Shown here: positions 29,922 through 42,572 of the stretch, in pieces | Numbering within the stretch: position 1 is the first letter of the stretch | How the letters are laid out: the number at the start of each line of letters is the position of its first letter | Assembly (NCBI GenBank): GCA_964016885.1 | Contig: OZ024743.1 | Location: forward strand, 179,924,001-179,988,000 | Direction: 5' to 3' | DNA from: Eledone cirrhosa | Lineage: Eukaryota | Length of the DNA stretch: 64,000 nt | The notes under the pieces: generated by a model | Told to the model about the DNA's origin: nothing | The model's database searches: none | Seen by the model: only the letters and a program-made list of their open reading frames with translations | Translations under genes and position numbers: made by a program

Positions 29922-30885
29922 CTAGCAGTGGTACTCGGCGTTGCACAGGAAAAGGTATTTTGGAACGCGTGCCGCCAACAGATCTAATCGTGGAAAAACT
30001 GCATGCCTGGACAATATGTAAAGAAAATAAACTGAATACTCTGATGGCTGGATAATCTTTAAGATTTTCCTCGATGAAGCAGGAAAAATGCAGGTTTTCA
30101 CCTAATGCGGGCCCTAGGGGATCAAGAAAATGAATTTTTTTATGTGCATAATATGCTTTGAAATTTCGGGAAAATCGGCTAGATGTAACGCCTCCAAAAA
30201 GCCCTAAAAAGTTTTTAAAATGAAGTTTTTCACCTAATGCCCTAGGCCATAAAAAAGTTGGATTTTCTTTGTCACGGTATGAAGAAGAGACTGACTAATA
30301 CATAGTTACAATTTCAAGGAAATCGGTCTGACGTAACGCCTAAAAAAAAACCTAAAAAGCTTAAAAAACGCAGTTTTTCACCTAATGCGATTCACCTAGG
30401 AGATCAAAATGTTGAATTTTTTTATGTGCATAACACTCCCTGAAACATAAGTAATACACATGTAATAAGTAATACACATGTAAAGTTTGAAAAACATAGG
30501 TTGGGCACTTCTCGAGTTTTAGGGTATTTCAAACCACAGACAGGCACACACACACACACACACACACATACACAGACAGTCATCCTCAGGGAATTGACGT
30601 AATGCAGAAAGCCAGACATACAGACAGATATTATAAGGGTGCGACGTTATATGTATGTATCTATCTAAAAAGAGAAAGACTAAGAATTATAGAGAGAGAT
30701 CGCTAAATCGCCTAATGCGGTCCCTTGGGCATTGAAAATTCGAAATGTTTTTTGCTCAGAACACTCCCTAAAACATAAGTATTAGATGTGTAAAGTTTGA
30801 AAACAGTCGGTTGGGTTTTTCTCGAGTTTTAGGGACTCAAACTCACACATACACAGACAGACATCCTCAGTTTTATATATATAGA
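29922..30885 (-). mobile_element. Non-autonomous Helitron
   Basis: Minus strand starts TC(TATATATATAAAA) and ends with a GC hairpin plus CTAG, between A and T; second copy at 52334-53359. Confidence 0.82.
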
Positions 30886-31319
30886 TAATTGATTTTACTT
30901 TTGGCACAAGGCCAGCAGATTACTGGTACTTTATTTTATCGACCCCGTAAGATGAAAGGCAAAGTTAACCTCGACGGGATTTGAACTCAGAATGGCAAGG
31001 GCCGTAACTCTATGCGTCAAAGCATGGCGTCCGACCCTCTACCGATACTGCCAATCCACCGCCCTATATATAGAGAGATAATGAATAGTATACAACTAAC
31101 GAGTTGAAAGTTTGCCATAAGTCTACCATTGTATCTGTTGCGTTGGTATAGAAATAATTACCCACGGTAATACTATGATATTTATTTCATTGCCTCATAA
31201 GAATAAAAGAGAACATCTTGGCATTTGATTTCGGAGTGTACAGAAATGCAATTAGATAAAAGTATTATGGATATTTCGGAAATGTGACCCAGTGCAACGT
31301 CTTTCATTCTACTTCATAT

Positions 31320-31522
31320 ATTCATGCATATATACATGCATATATACATGCATATATGCATGCATATATACATGCATATGTACATGAACATATACATGCA
31401 TATGTACATGCACATATACATGCATATATACATGCACATATACATGCATATGTACTTTCATATTTACATGCATATATACATGCATATGTACTTGTATATA
31501 TACGTGCATATATACGTGCATG
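31320..31522. repeat. 12 bp minisatellite (CATGCATATATA)n
   Basis: Directly visible; gives the HAYI/MHIY repeat ORFs. Confidence 0.9.
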
Positions 31523-31879
31523 CTATCACGCAAAGCACATCCATACACACACATGCACACACGCGCACACACATATAAACACATACACGCACACATATAT
31601 ATATAAAACAATCTAAAAATAACTGTTGAAAAGGCAAGAGCTCACGACAGGTGTTTGAATGTGAATCATTGTTAATATGTCTGGAAATTTCTCTCTTCTT
31701 GTTGCTTTCAGTTGAACAGGATTTGAGACGATTGAGCTAACTCTTGTATTGTTATAACGTTTGGCTTTGTATAGGTATTGGTTGTATTTCTATTTCGGTA
31801 AACATACAGAAAAGAAATGTCATAAATGAGAAGACAAGGAGAAGAAGAGTAAGGACTACTAGACAAAGGAAGGAAGAAA

Positions 31880-32280
31880 GGGGGAAGAAGAAAGGGTGAC
31901 AGACTCTACACCTAGGTTAGAGTGGTGTTTCGGCTGCGCCCCACGAACAAAATGGCAAAGGTATTTCCGCGGAGAATGGCCGGCAACACACGCTGCAACA
32001 GCCGCCCCACCTCGCGGGGCTTCTTCCGCAGATGGGTTGCTATCGATCCGATTTTACGGAGGAGTTCAACTGTTCGTATCCGAGGACACCTGAGGTCTCG
32101 ACGGTGATCGGTGCAAAGAGGAAGCGGCCGGAAACGCTCTGATATTTCTTTTCTTCCTGTCCTCTGCATTGCGAGCCTCGGTCCGGGGTTTGTGGCCGAG
32201 GCAATTAAGTTGGCGGTGGAGAACGTGTCACAGCATGTCACGTTCCAGATGAAGGATTAACCTCTTTCGGAATGGAAGAT
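31880..32280 (+). mobile_element. GC-richer dispersed repeat, probable LINE relic
   Basis: Homologous to the minus strand of 56810-57175 (VFPRRMAGNTRCNS versus VFPRTIANDTHCNS); family not identified. Confidence 0.45.
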
Positions 32281-33954
32281 GGTAATTCCGTCAGGGCGCT
32301 TTTTTTTAATGAATTCTTGTTGATGATGATAATTTCAATGTAAATACCATCTGGCTATATTTTACTTCTTTTGCTGTTGATTCTACCTTCATTTTGTTAT
32401 TATTTGTTTCGATTTTAAAACAATGGATTTTGGTTCAAGTCTAAATGTTAATTTCATTCAAAGAATCTCTGTTTATGTTTTCTAACGACATTTTTAGCGA
32501 CTTAACGACTTTCTTTTATTTATAGACTTCTGTGATTTCTGATAGTTTCTGTTTTGTTGAGCTTTTCTGATATTTTTTGTTGTAGTTTCCTTTATTTATG
32601 TAGTTTCTCGGTTGATTTACATAAGGGCCATCTCATATATAATTTTTATATTTGATCCTTTACTCTATCGTTATTTTTCAAATTGTTAGCATGAGTATTA
32701 ATGTGGTTATACGAGTGTTTATGGACGAACAAACTTCTATTTCTGTCGAATTGTTCAGCGTACAATTATATATATTGACAAAGATATGGAACATGTTTAC
32801 AGTAAAAGGTTTTAAAGTTTAAGGCCGTGTAAAATGTGGAGAAAGAGACTTTGAAAGCAATCAAAGACAAATTTAATAGAATTCCGATATTCCAATTATA
32901 CAACCACTCCAAAAATGTTACTTTATGTCGGTGTAATTCTTATAATAATAACTTTATTGATATTAAGTTACGTGCAAATTCAATAATCCAAAATAAATCT
33001 AGTGATCGTTTGCAGAACTAGAGCAAAATTGTAAGTAATTGTGAGTAAAATGTTCTTGCAATAACATGAAAGTTCAAATAGATTCATTAATATAAATTAT
33101 ATAAAAGTGAACATATCCTAAAAGATTTTGTATTAAATCATGTGTATTTACTATTGTAAATAGGAACGAAAATGGAAGGAAATGTGACACAACTGATAGA
33201 TCCAAAAAATCACAATCTACAAATACATATGTAAGATAGCCTTATGAAATAATGAATAATATCAGGTAGAAAATCTTTAAACACGATACTTCAGAAGATT
33301 ACATTAGGATTTAAATCGAATGTAAATGTTTAAAATAAGACAGCTTCCATTACATCGAAAGTAGATTCTCTTTAGTGATATGGTGGAAAAGATGCCTTAG
33401 AATGTTATAAAGCAGAGGTGGTTAGTTTAGAAAGGAAACATCCAAACTTAATAATTGTATTTGAAGCATTATATACAGAGTTGTAGTACATTGTATACAT
33501 TCCTGAAAAAAAAATTGAAGATGAATTAATTGTAAATACGTCGACATTATTGTATGAAGCGCGAAATAGAATTGAACAACTGTTGGGAGAGATTACGAAA
33601 TTTTGGATGGTTTATGATTAAGAATGTATGTAATCGAAAACATTCTGAAAAGAATAACGGAAAGCAGAGAAAACTAAGGAAAAAAGGTAATGTAGGGACA
33701 GTAGTGTAGAGATGAAGTTGAATGAGTAAATATGGATAACTCAGGATTACAGAGTGAAAAACTGATCTTTTCAATACAGCATCAGATCAAGAAAATACAT
33801 TGCATGTAATTCTTGTTAACAAGACTGTGAATCTTTAGTGTATAAAATAAGAGAGGAAATGGAGAAAGTAGAGAATATAACCTGAGGGATATAGTAACAA
33901 CTTCGAATGAAATATATTCTTCATTTCTTCTCCTTCTAACAGCTAATTTCATGA

Positions 33955-34240
33955 AGTTGCGTGGCTTTGTAATAAGGGTGTTGGACTTACGATTATAATG
34001 TCGTGGGTTTGATTCCTGAACTGGTTTCTGTGTCGTGTTCTTGAGCAAAATACTTCATATCACGTTACTCCTGTACACTCAGCTGAAAATGGGTACCTGT
34101 AAATAGCTAGGAGCTTAACACGGCGATGGTCTGGTGTCTTGTCTAGGTGGGAATATTGTATTATCAGTCGCTTCACACCACAGAAACCAGGGTAAGCACC
34201 GGCCTAATGAGCCTCCGGGCTGGAGATAGACTTTAGACTT
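33955..34240 (+). mobile_element. tRNA-derived SINE (CORE- and V-like domains)
   Basis: GGGTTTGATTCCT B-box, GTGTTCTTGAGCAAAATACTT, GCGATGGTCTGGTGTCTTGTCTAGG. Confidence 0.65.
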
Positions 34241-35194
34241 TTAATTTCATCTGAGAAATTAAATCATTGCTAAATTAGTTTTTAAAGAAAATTGACCTCA
34301 CATCAGCTCTGATTCGATGATATTCCTATGTGACTATAAAGTGTGATCTAAATTAATATGCAATTTATTTATTTCAGATGGATCGTGGTCTGTCTATCAG
34401 AAATACAAGGTGTTCGTCACACACTTCAACAATATTTATCATACCACTCTTGACGCAGCAGTAACTAAACATAATAATCATGTCTTTGTAAAGTCTGTCT
34501 AAAGAAACCGAAGTCGTCAGACTGCCTTCGACTGTTGTGTATGAAACCCAGTATTCATATTTTGTCTTGTGTTTGTGGAAGAAGGTTTCCGTTATACTCC
34601 ACTTCAGGATCTCTTAACGTATTCATAATGCCACCCCTCCCATCAAGAAAATAATAATGGGGACGTTGAATGCTGATAAAATGTAGAGCAAATAAAATAC
34701 AAGCTATAATAGATACATAAATATCATAAGGTTCCTGAAAATCTAAACCTTCTTCGGAACCGTAGATGTGGGAATGGTAAATAGAAATACAATTGTGACA
34801 TGAAAGTGTCTGATAGTCGATTTTACAAGACAAATAGACCATGACTGTTCAGATTATTTTGAACTCGAAGACAATCATAACAAAATATTTACACCTAAAT
34901 TAGAAAAAAATACTCCAAATTTACGACTATTTGCTGTTTTGGATTATATTACGATCATAAGATTCTGTCCTATTTATTCTATGGCTTCATTCTCTTATAT
35001 TATTATTTCTATGTATGGATCCTCTTCCTTGCCTGAATGCTTAGAATCTCTTATGTCCGTCACAATTTCTCTTTCTCTCTGTCTATATATAAGCAAACAT
35101 CAAACATATATATCTGCCAATATACCTGCCTATATATATATATATATGCCTCATGGAGCTCTACCACATATATATACCAATATACCTGCCTATA

Positions 35195-35872
35195 TATATT
35201 TGCCTCATGGAGCTCTACCACATCATAACTGCACCCCACGAGCTCATCAACAGCAGAGCTGAAACAGCGATAAGTTGTACACATCGCTTAAAAATATCCT
35301 TCTTTAGATGGGTTAAGAATGAAGAGTGAAATAGTACACTGGATCTCCCTGCAACAAGTCTTAACACCCCGGCGGGCAGGCGCAGCAAAATAACACCCAG
35401 AAAACAATCCTTGCATACCAGACCCAGCCTCAGACAAACGGATGCGGCAAAAGAAAAAAAAAAAAAAAAATTATCCGGGAAAGACTGCCCTAACACCGGC
35501 CAGAGTTACCTCCCTTGACCTGCTGCACAATCAAAACAAGATATTTTTGCGAGCAATGAATCTTGATGTAGATTTAACCCCCAAAACTCTTTCCGAACTA
35601 TATAAGGAACACTTGTGATTATTTATGCCCTTGAGAAGCCCAACTGGGCGAAACGTACGTAGGTGATATTTTAAATAAACATGTTTTAACGGTCTATTCT
35701 CCGATTTTTTACTTTCCCACGTGCTTACGCTCTGCTAACTCTCTAGCCCACTAAATATTAACACTTCAAATATTTAATACTGCCGGCACTAGTATCGAGC
35801 ACCTTTGGCATACGCTACTTGGCAAATAACTATATGTATCACCTATCCCTCCTTTTTCTCTCTTTACGTAAA

Positions 35873-35875
<3 letters not shown>
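35195..35875 (+). mobile_element. PLE 3' end: GIY-YIG C-terminus, 3' UTR and U3-A8 hammerhead (35626-35665)
   Basis: Frame from 35201 reads CLMELYHIITAPHELINSRAETAISCTHRLK, matching the PLE CLxE..LNxRxE..CxH tail; TTGAGAA GCCCA ac TGGGC GAAAC GTAC GTA gg; ends in (TA)n. Confidence 0.75.
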
Positions 35876-35949
<74 letters not shown>

Positions 35950-35952
<3 letters not shown>

Positions 35953-36518
35953 CCACTAGGAGAGGTAAATATTTATATTATATTTTTTAATGTATTTTGA
36001 AAAATTGATTGAATTTTACTTGTTCTGCTTATCTTAATATTAAAGTTCTGGTGTATCAAATTAACACCATTGAACAACCTTGAATCATAGACAACCTATG
36101 TATTTCTAGGGGTACCTAGTATCCCTGGACATATTAACTTCTACCTTTTTCTCCGTCCGTTGAGAACAATCCTGTTGCTCTACTTGGCTGCTATTTTTTT
36201 AGTAGTAATTGTAGACAGCAAGTCTTTGATTTTCCCGCTTTTACTTCAGTCCAGTTTACATACGGGTCAATTTTACAACCTTTCAGACCTTTATTAGCTG
36301 GCAGGAGGTTGTATATTTTGTCGTTCCTGGGACGTTTAGCCCTAGGAAGGGAAAATGCTTCTCTGATGAGCTTTGGTTTTCCATCATAAATCCATCGGAT
36401 TTATGAGGTTTTACAAAGCGAAACTGATCAGTAATGGCCACTAGGAGAGGTAAATATTTATATTATATTTTTTAATGTATTTTGAAAAATTGATTGAATT
36501 TTACTTGTTCTGCTTATC

Positions 36519-36525
<7 letters not shown>
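35950..36525 (+). mobile_element. Retrozyme-like element: ~90 bp terminal direct repeats with a hammerhead core at 36363-36433
   Basis: ggccactaggagagg..cttaatat at 35951 and 36436 (period 485); CTGATGA GCTTTG..CAAAGC GAAAC TGATCA GTA; (TA)n on both sides. Confidence 0.8.
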
Positions 36526-36557
<32 letters not shown>

Positions 36558-37992
36558 GCATACAAAATTTTAGCTGTAGGGACGATAAAAAACTTGTGGG
36601 ATATGGTTGCGGTTATGGTTTCAATAGGTAATTCATAGCAAATATATTGAAATAGAATTAAAGTCACTAATATTTTTCTGAGCGAAACTACATATCGTAG
36701 GAAACGTTAACATTATTGACACTTCAGTAACCTAAATAGATGATTTATTTCATGGGTAAAATCGCAAGTTTGGTAAGAATATATAATTAAAAATTAAAAA
36801 TTACTGGATAAAAGTACGTTGATGACCATGTTTCTATAGAGCGTGGAAGAGGATTTTATAGATATGGGTCTATCTACCGCTTGGTGATTATTCACATATA
36901 TTTTCGTATCTGCCACTTCATCTCATAATAGTTTCTGATTTAGGCACGAGGCTAACAATTTTGGTGGAGGGGAAATAGATTAAAACGACCCCAGTGCGTT
37001 ATTGGTATTTATTTTGTCCACCCAGTAATGATGAAAGGTAAACCTGACCTAGGCGGGATTTGAACTCAGAACTTAAAGAACTTAACTTTATCCGACGCTC
37101 TAATACTCATTCCAACCCTCCTCGTGGCATATAGTTAGTAAAGGGACGTAACTATGTGCCGCAATACGTTGTCTGACGCTCTACTGATACTGCCGATCCA
37201 CCCCCATTATCCTTATCCTAATATTGGAAGTAAAGATAAAACACAATATTTTTAAAATATTCTAGAAATACACAGATAATTAAAATGCAGAAAAGTAACC
37301 AAAAATAAGTTTCATGTCTTTCAGACAGACCTGTCAGAAGTTGCCCACAGTTTGCAGGAAGCAAGTAATACGTTTCAACAATTCTTTTGTTTTCTCTTTC
37401 TTCCTCATTTTTACTTTTCTTGCATCATAAGGCGATTATAGTAAAGCTATAATTTACTGCTATAATTAGTTTCAAGACATTAATTTTCTTTTTCAGCATG
37501 TTTGCTCTTTTGATAATATTAACGATAGCATAAAATCGATTCTTCTCAACTACTTTGAAATGTTTTCTTTACGTTTACCTATTCCACTATCATTCATTGT
37601 AGTGTGTATTCCTTTTCAACATTCATTTCGTTTCGAATTCATGTTACTTGAAAATCAATAAGACGAAAATATAAGTAGATCATAAATTGAACTTGGGAAC
37701 GATTTTAAGGTTTATTTTTATATATTATATTATATTTATATTTATGTATTTGTTATATTATGTATTATTTCGTTTCCCTTGTCGTGCTTTTCATCAATAC
37801 TGCGTGTACAAATAGAAGACAGCTCATAGTAAGATATGTCCAAAATTTGATATTAATCCTTCTGATGAATCATTTCACAATAAACAGTAAAAACATTTCA
37901 CACGCACAACACCTTCCAGTTTCCACTTATATACATTTATAGATAGATTACACATATATACATACACGCACATACATACATACACACATACA

Positions 37993-38026
<34 letters not shown>

Positions 38027-38127
38027 CATACATACATACATGTATGCATGCATACATGCATACATACATGCATACATACATACATACATACATACATACA
38101 TACATACATACATACATACATACATTT

Positions 38128-39845
38128 GTCAGTGCTACTCTTCGTTCTCTCACTGAATCCACTATCTTACCTACTCAGGAAACAAGGTGGACAAAGAAGT
38201 GGGCCCAGAAGCATCTCCCATCTTTTCCTTGTTGATGACCTGAAGTTGTATGGGCCAAATATCAATGACATCAAGAAACAATTGGACCTCATTACACAAT
38301 TTTCAACCGACATCAAAATGAAATTTGGTGAGTCCAAGTGTGCATATTTGGCAGTAAAACGTGGAAGAGCTGTGCTCTCCTCTCGAAATCTAGAGATGAA
38401 CGGCCTGACAATACAACCTCTGCAGTCAGGTGACAACTACAGATATCTTGGACAGGATGAGAATGTCAGATATGATGGACCCATAAATAAGGAGAGAACC
38501 AGAACTGAATACCTCAGAAGAGTAAAGAAAATATAGTCATCAGAACTGTCAGCATACAACAAATACATTGCCCACAATACTTATGCTGTGCCAATTCTAA
38601 CGCCAACATTTGGCCTACTGAACTGGTCATTGCAAGAACTAAGTGAGATGGATGTTAGAACTCGAAAACTTCTCAGTGTTACTGGGAACTTTAACATCAA
38701 TGGTGATGTGGATAGGCTATACTTCTCACGCAAGGAAGGTGGCCGGGGTCTAAAATCAATATTAACAACATATGAGACCCGGATAGTAACACTGAAGCAA
38801 CACCTTCAACAGAGGAAAAAGGTTGGCAACCATCTTGCCCAGGTTTATGACCATGAAAAAAGTAAATATCATTAGAATAGCGACTGATCTGGAGGAGAGA
38901 TATGGAATAAAGCCTGATATAAATCTCTCACCCAGAGAAATCGGAAGATCCTATTCAATGTTCAAATAAGATAAAAAAATTGACCAATTTACAGAAAAAG
39001 TTCTGCATGGATAATTGAGGCGTAAAACACAGACCATAGAGGGGATAAACCACTCAAAAAGCCTGGCATGGAGTTCCGACAAGTTTATGACATGACACCT
39101 TGAGGGATATCTCTATGCAATACAGGAACAAGAACTCCCTACCAAATATCTGCTGCACAAAAGAGGAGGGCCAGCAGCTGACAATAAATGTAGGCTATGT
39201 AAAACAAAGATCGAGGATGTAAGACACATTGTTGCCAGCTGCGAAAGAATGTCATCTCGCTACTACCTCCCCATGAGACACGATGGGATAGCTAGAACCA
39301 TCTAGAACGCACTTCGGAAAACAAAATTAACAACAAACGAGGAAGAATATATTGAGACAGATGGTACTAAGGAATACTGGTGGAACCTGAAAATAAAAAC
39401 TGTCACAAAATTAAAGCACAACCGGTCTGATATTGGAGTTTGGGACCACACATTGAAAACGTGTTCTGTTGTGGAGATCAGCTGCCCACTTGATGTAAAC
39501 GTTGTCAGAAAAATACAGGAGAAGCAGGACATCTACGGACCATTGATGAGGAGTTTACAAATCCAGTATCCAAGATACACCTTTAGCTTCATACCCATCA
39601 TTATTGGTGCTACGGGTTATATACCAACCCGCTTGGACCAAAGTATGACTGAACTTGGATTTGCGGACAAAAAGCGCAGCTCCCTAATTCATAGTCTACA
39701 AATGGCTGCGATAGCTGGCACCTTCAAAATTTGCAAAACATTCTTGCGATTCAAGGGATGACAATTTCTTTTCTTTTACAACCTTGCCACCAGGAAGGTG
39801 GCCGGTCAAAAAAAATATACTCGAAATTAAGAGAAAGAGAAAACA
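38128..39845 (+). pseudogene. R4/Dong-like non-LTR retrotransposon 3' half (RT, CCHC, restriction-like endonuclease)
   Basis: SHLFLVDDLKLY, YRYLG, RKEGGRGL, CRLC..HIVASC, RHD, NRSDI..VVEISCP..K; several stops and a frameshift. Confidence 0.88.
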
Positions 39846-40409
39846 TATATACATATATACACATATATAGTGAGAGACATGCATACACAGGCACACACTC
39901 ACACACACATAATATATATATATATATATATTATATTATATATATATATATACATATATATACCTTTATATATATATGTAGTTGTCATTTGAAAATCGTG
40001 AATTGTGGAGATATTTTGTCAGTTAAGTTCGACTATGTTCGCAATGATTATGATAAAGTGTTATGAGAAGCGGTGCAGCCTCTATCAGACTAGTGAGTAT
40101 ATAGCACATTTGATGCCCAATTTGATAATAAGTGTGTCTGCCTGCATGTATAGAAATATAACCGTAACTTTGCAACATATTGAACCCTATCAAAGATATC
40201 AATGAACCACCTGGTTGTCTTAAACTGAATGAATTATAAATATTTAATGATAATACCAGATTTCAAACTATACAAAGTATGTTTCAGCTGGTCATTCGAC
40301 AATTAATTATCTATCGACCATCAACATGGAGTATGTAAATATAAAGGTAGATATTTTGACAGCGTTAAAAGAACAACGATACTCATAGGTGTCATTCTGT
40401 GCCGAATTA

Positions 40410-40630
40410 AGGAGTCGATCGACTTTCGTCAAATCGGACCGAGGAAACAATGTTTCCGTTGGTCTTTCCAGTTGCTAATACTATCTATCGGTCGCAACTC
40501 CAGGTAGAAGGAGCAACGTGAAATAAAGTATTCTGCTCAAGGACATAACGCATCACCCGGTCCAGGAATCGAACTTACAACCTCACGATTGCGAATCCAA
40601 TTCTCTGACCAATTGGCCACACGCCTTCAC
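40410..40630 (-). mobile_element. CORE-type SINE
   Basis: Best-preserved copy of the 733 / 11525 family with tRNA head. Confidence 0.75.
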
Positions 40631-41099
40631 CATTAAATGAATTGTAATATCTGCCCCACCACTGAGAGGTGGTTAAGGTTCAGGAACGAAACAGTCAATG
40701 AATATTGTATACTATTTGGTGATATCAACTCATGAACAAGGCTATGTTCAATGATGGTGATTAAATGTGAGGGATTTAAGATGTAATCATCAGTGCCAAC
40801 TACCTTAAATTAAAACGTTACCATAGTTGATTAATTGTAATTATGATTCAAATGCCTTTCATCCTCACATAAAATCTCACAGTGTCGCTTGTGAATCACG
40901 TCAGAAAGCCAGATAATTGACAGCTGTCATTGACTCTTTCTTAGATGATATCATATTCCAAATAATTGACAGCTGATATTGATAATTTTCTGAAACAAGT
41001 CACTCACCCAGAGTGTTGTCAGCTGTCATTGACACTTTCCTGAATTACGCCACCAATCCAGATAGGTGAGAACTCTTATTGTCACTTTCGTCTGTATGT

Positions 41100-41400
41100 T
41101 TGTTCGATTTCTGTTAGATCCGACGATGAGTGTTCGACAGAACAGCCTACGTGTGATATTCACGTACTTATTAATGTCATTGAACATATCACAGACACAG
41201 GTACCTTTAGTGTAATTCCCAAATTCGGTAAGGCACTGTGTGTGTGACAAGGATGACCCTTCGAATCGCAACTACAACACATTTGTGCCACTTGAGTTGA
41301 CTATCGTGAAATAAAGTTTCTTGCTCAATGACACATCAGGCCGCTTTGAAACGATCTCAAGTGTTGAGCCGAACACCCTAACCACTGTGTCACGCACCTT
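41100..41400 (-). mobile_element. Degenerate CORE-type SINE
   Basis: Minus strand gtggttaggggtgttcggctca..gtgtcattgagcaagaaacttt. Confidence 0.55.
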
Positions 41401-41934
41401 TGCAGATTAGATTTTCTTTTTACTACTTTCCAATGGTAGTCTCACTTTAAACTGATGTTGCCCCAACACCAACGCATTTGTCTACTTTTCCATCTGTAGG
41501 TGTATTTTATAGATTTTCTCATCTATTGTTCATAGCCATTGATTATAATAATCATTCGCTTTGCGATGACTTCGTTTCAAATGTCAAACTTTCCCAACTC
41601 TTCTTTAGTCACCCAGTTGTTCCCACTTCTAACTAATAATTGTTTCATTGATTTCCTGTCTTATATTAAACTGTCCTTGTGTAACATGGCAGGAACAATG
41701 TTTTCAGTCCGATGGACTTCACTAGTATGTCTAGATTGAACTATAGCAGTAGCCATGATAATTATCCTAAAGAAAATAAATTGGCAAATCTAATGAAAAC
41801 ATAGAATTACCTGCATTTAATAGTACAAGAGTTTTACATTTAAAAATTTAGTCTAAACAATATCTTTTCAATAAAGATTATTTTCCTATTACACTTGAAA
41901 TTCTAATAGATATTTCAAAAGCATGTATGTATTG

Positions 41935-42039
<105 letters not shown>

Positions 42040-42572
42040 CGTTAACATTAACAAAAGATTGGTGCCTAAGATAGAAAGTATTGGTTGATTTTGCTGATCT
42101 GTATTAAAAAAGAAGACACTTTAGCAATTAGCGTAGCTTATATAAAATTACTTAACATTTTCCTAATGGAATTGAATAGGTAATTTTTAATATAAACCTG
42201 GGCAAAAATCTCCAACTGCTGCAAGAATGTTTCCCTAGCTAGGCTTTATCCAACAGAACAAAAGCATTTTAAGCTCCATTACTCAATAACTTGTTCCCAA
42301 AAACAAAATTGCTTATAATTAACTTTACATAATCCCAAAATGATTGATTACCAATGACATTATTAAATCAAACTGCATTAATGGTGTCCCACCAGACAGG
42401 CAGAGTAGCATACTAAATTCCTTCATTCAACCACACCAAAGGATTCGCGCAACATTTATATTATCCGTCTACACAACTCCATTTGATGTGTAACAGTATT
42501 TATAATTATAAGAGAGCGGGGATGAGAGAGAAAGAGTGAGATGTGTTTATATATATATATATATATATATAT

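Noticed and set aside
31320-31522. CRISPR-like or His-rich repeat protein
   Set aside because: Spacerless 12 bp minisatellite in eukaryotic DNA
32700-33780. Purine-rich stretch, possible ancient TE coding relic
   Set aside because: No identifiable motif in any frame
34376-34850. Possible host exon (tttcag acceptor at about 34377; minus ORF 34555-34842)
   Set aside because: No recognisable protein motif or consistent splice pair; would need RNA-seq or BLASTX
40540-40630. tRNA gene
   Set aside because: tRNA-derived SINE head; no complete cloverleaf
41026-41271. 81 aa minus-strand ORF
   Set aside because: Overlaps the 3' part of a SINE
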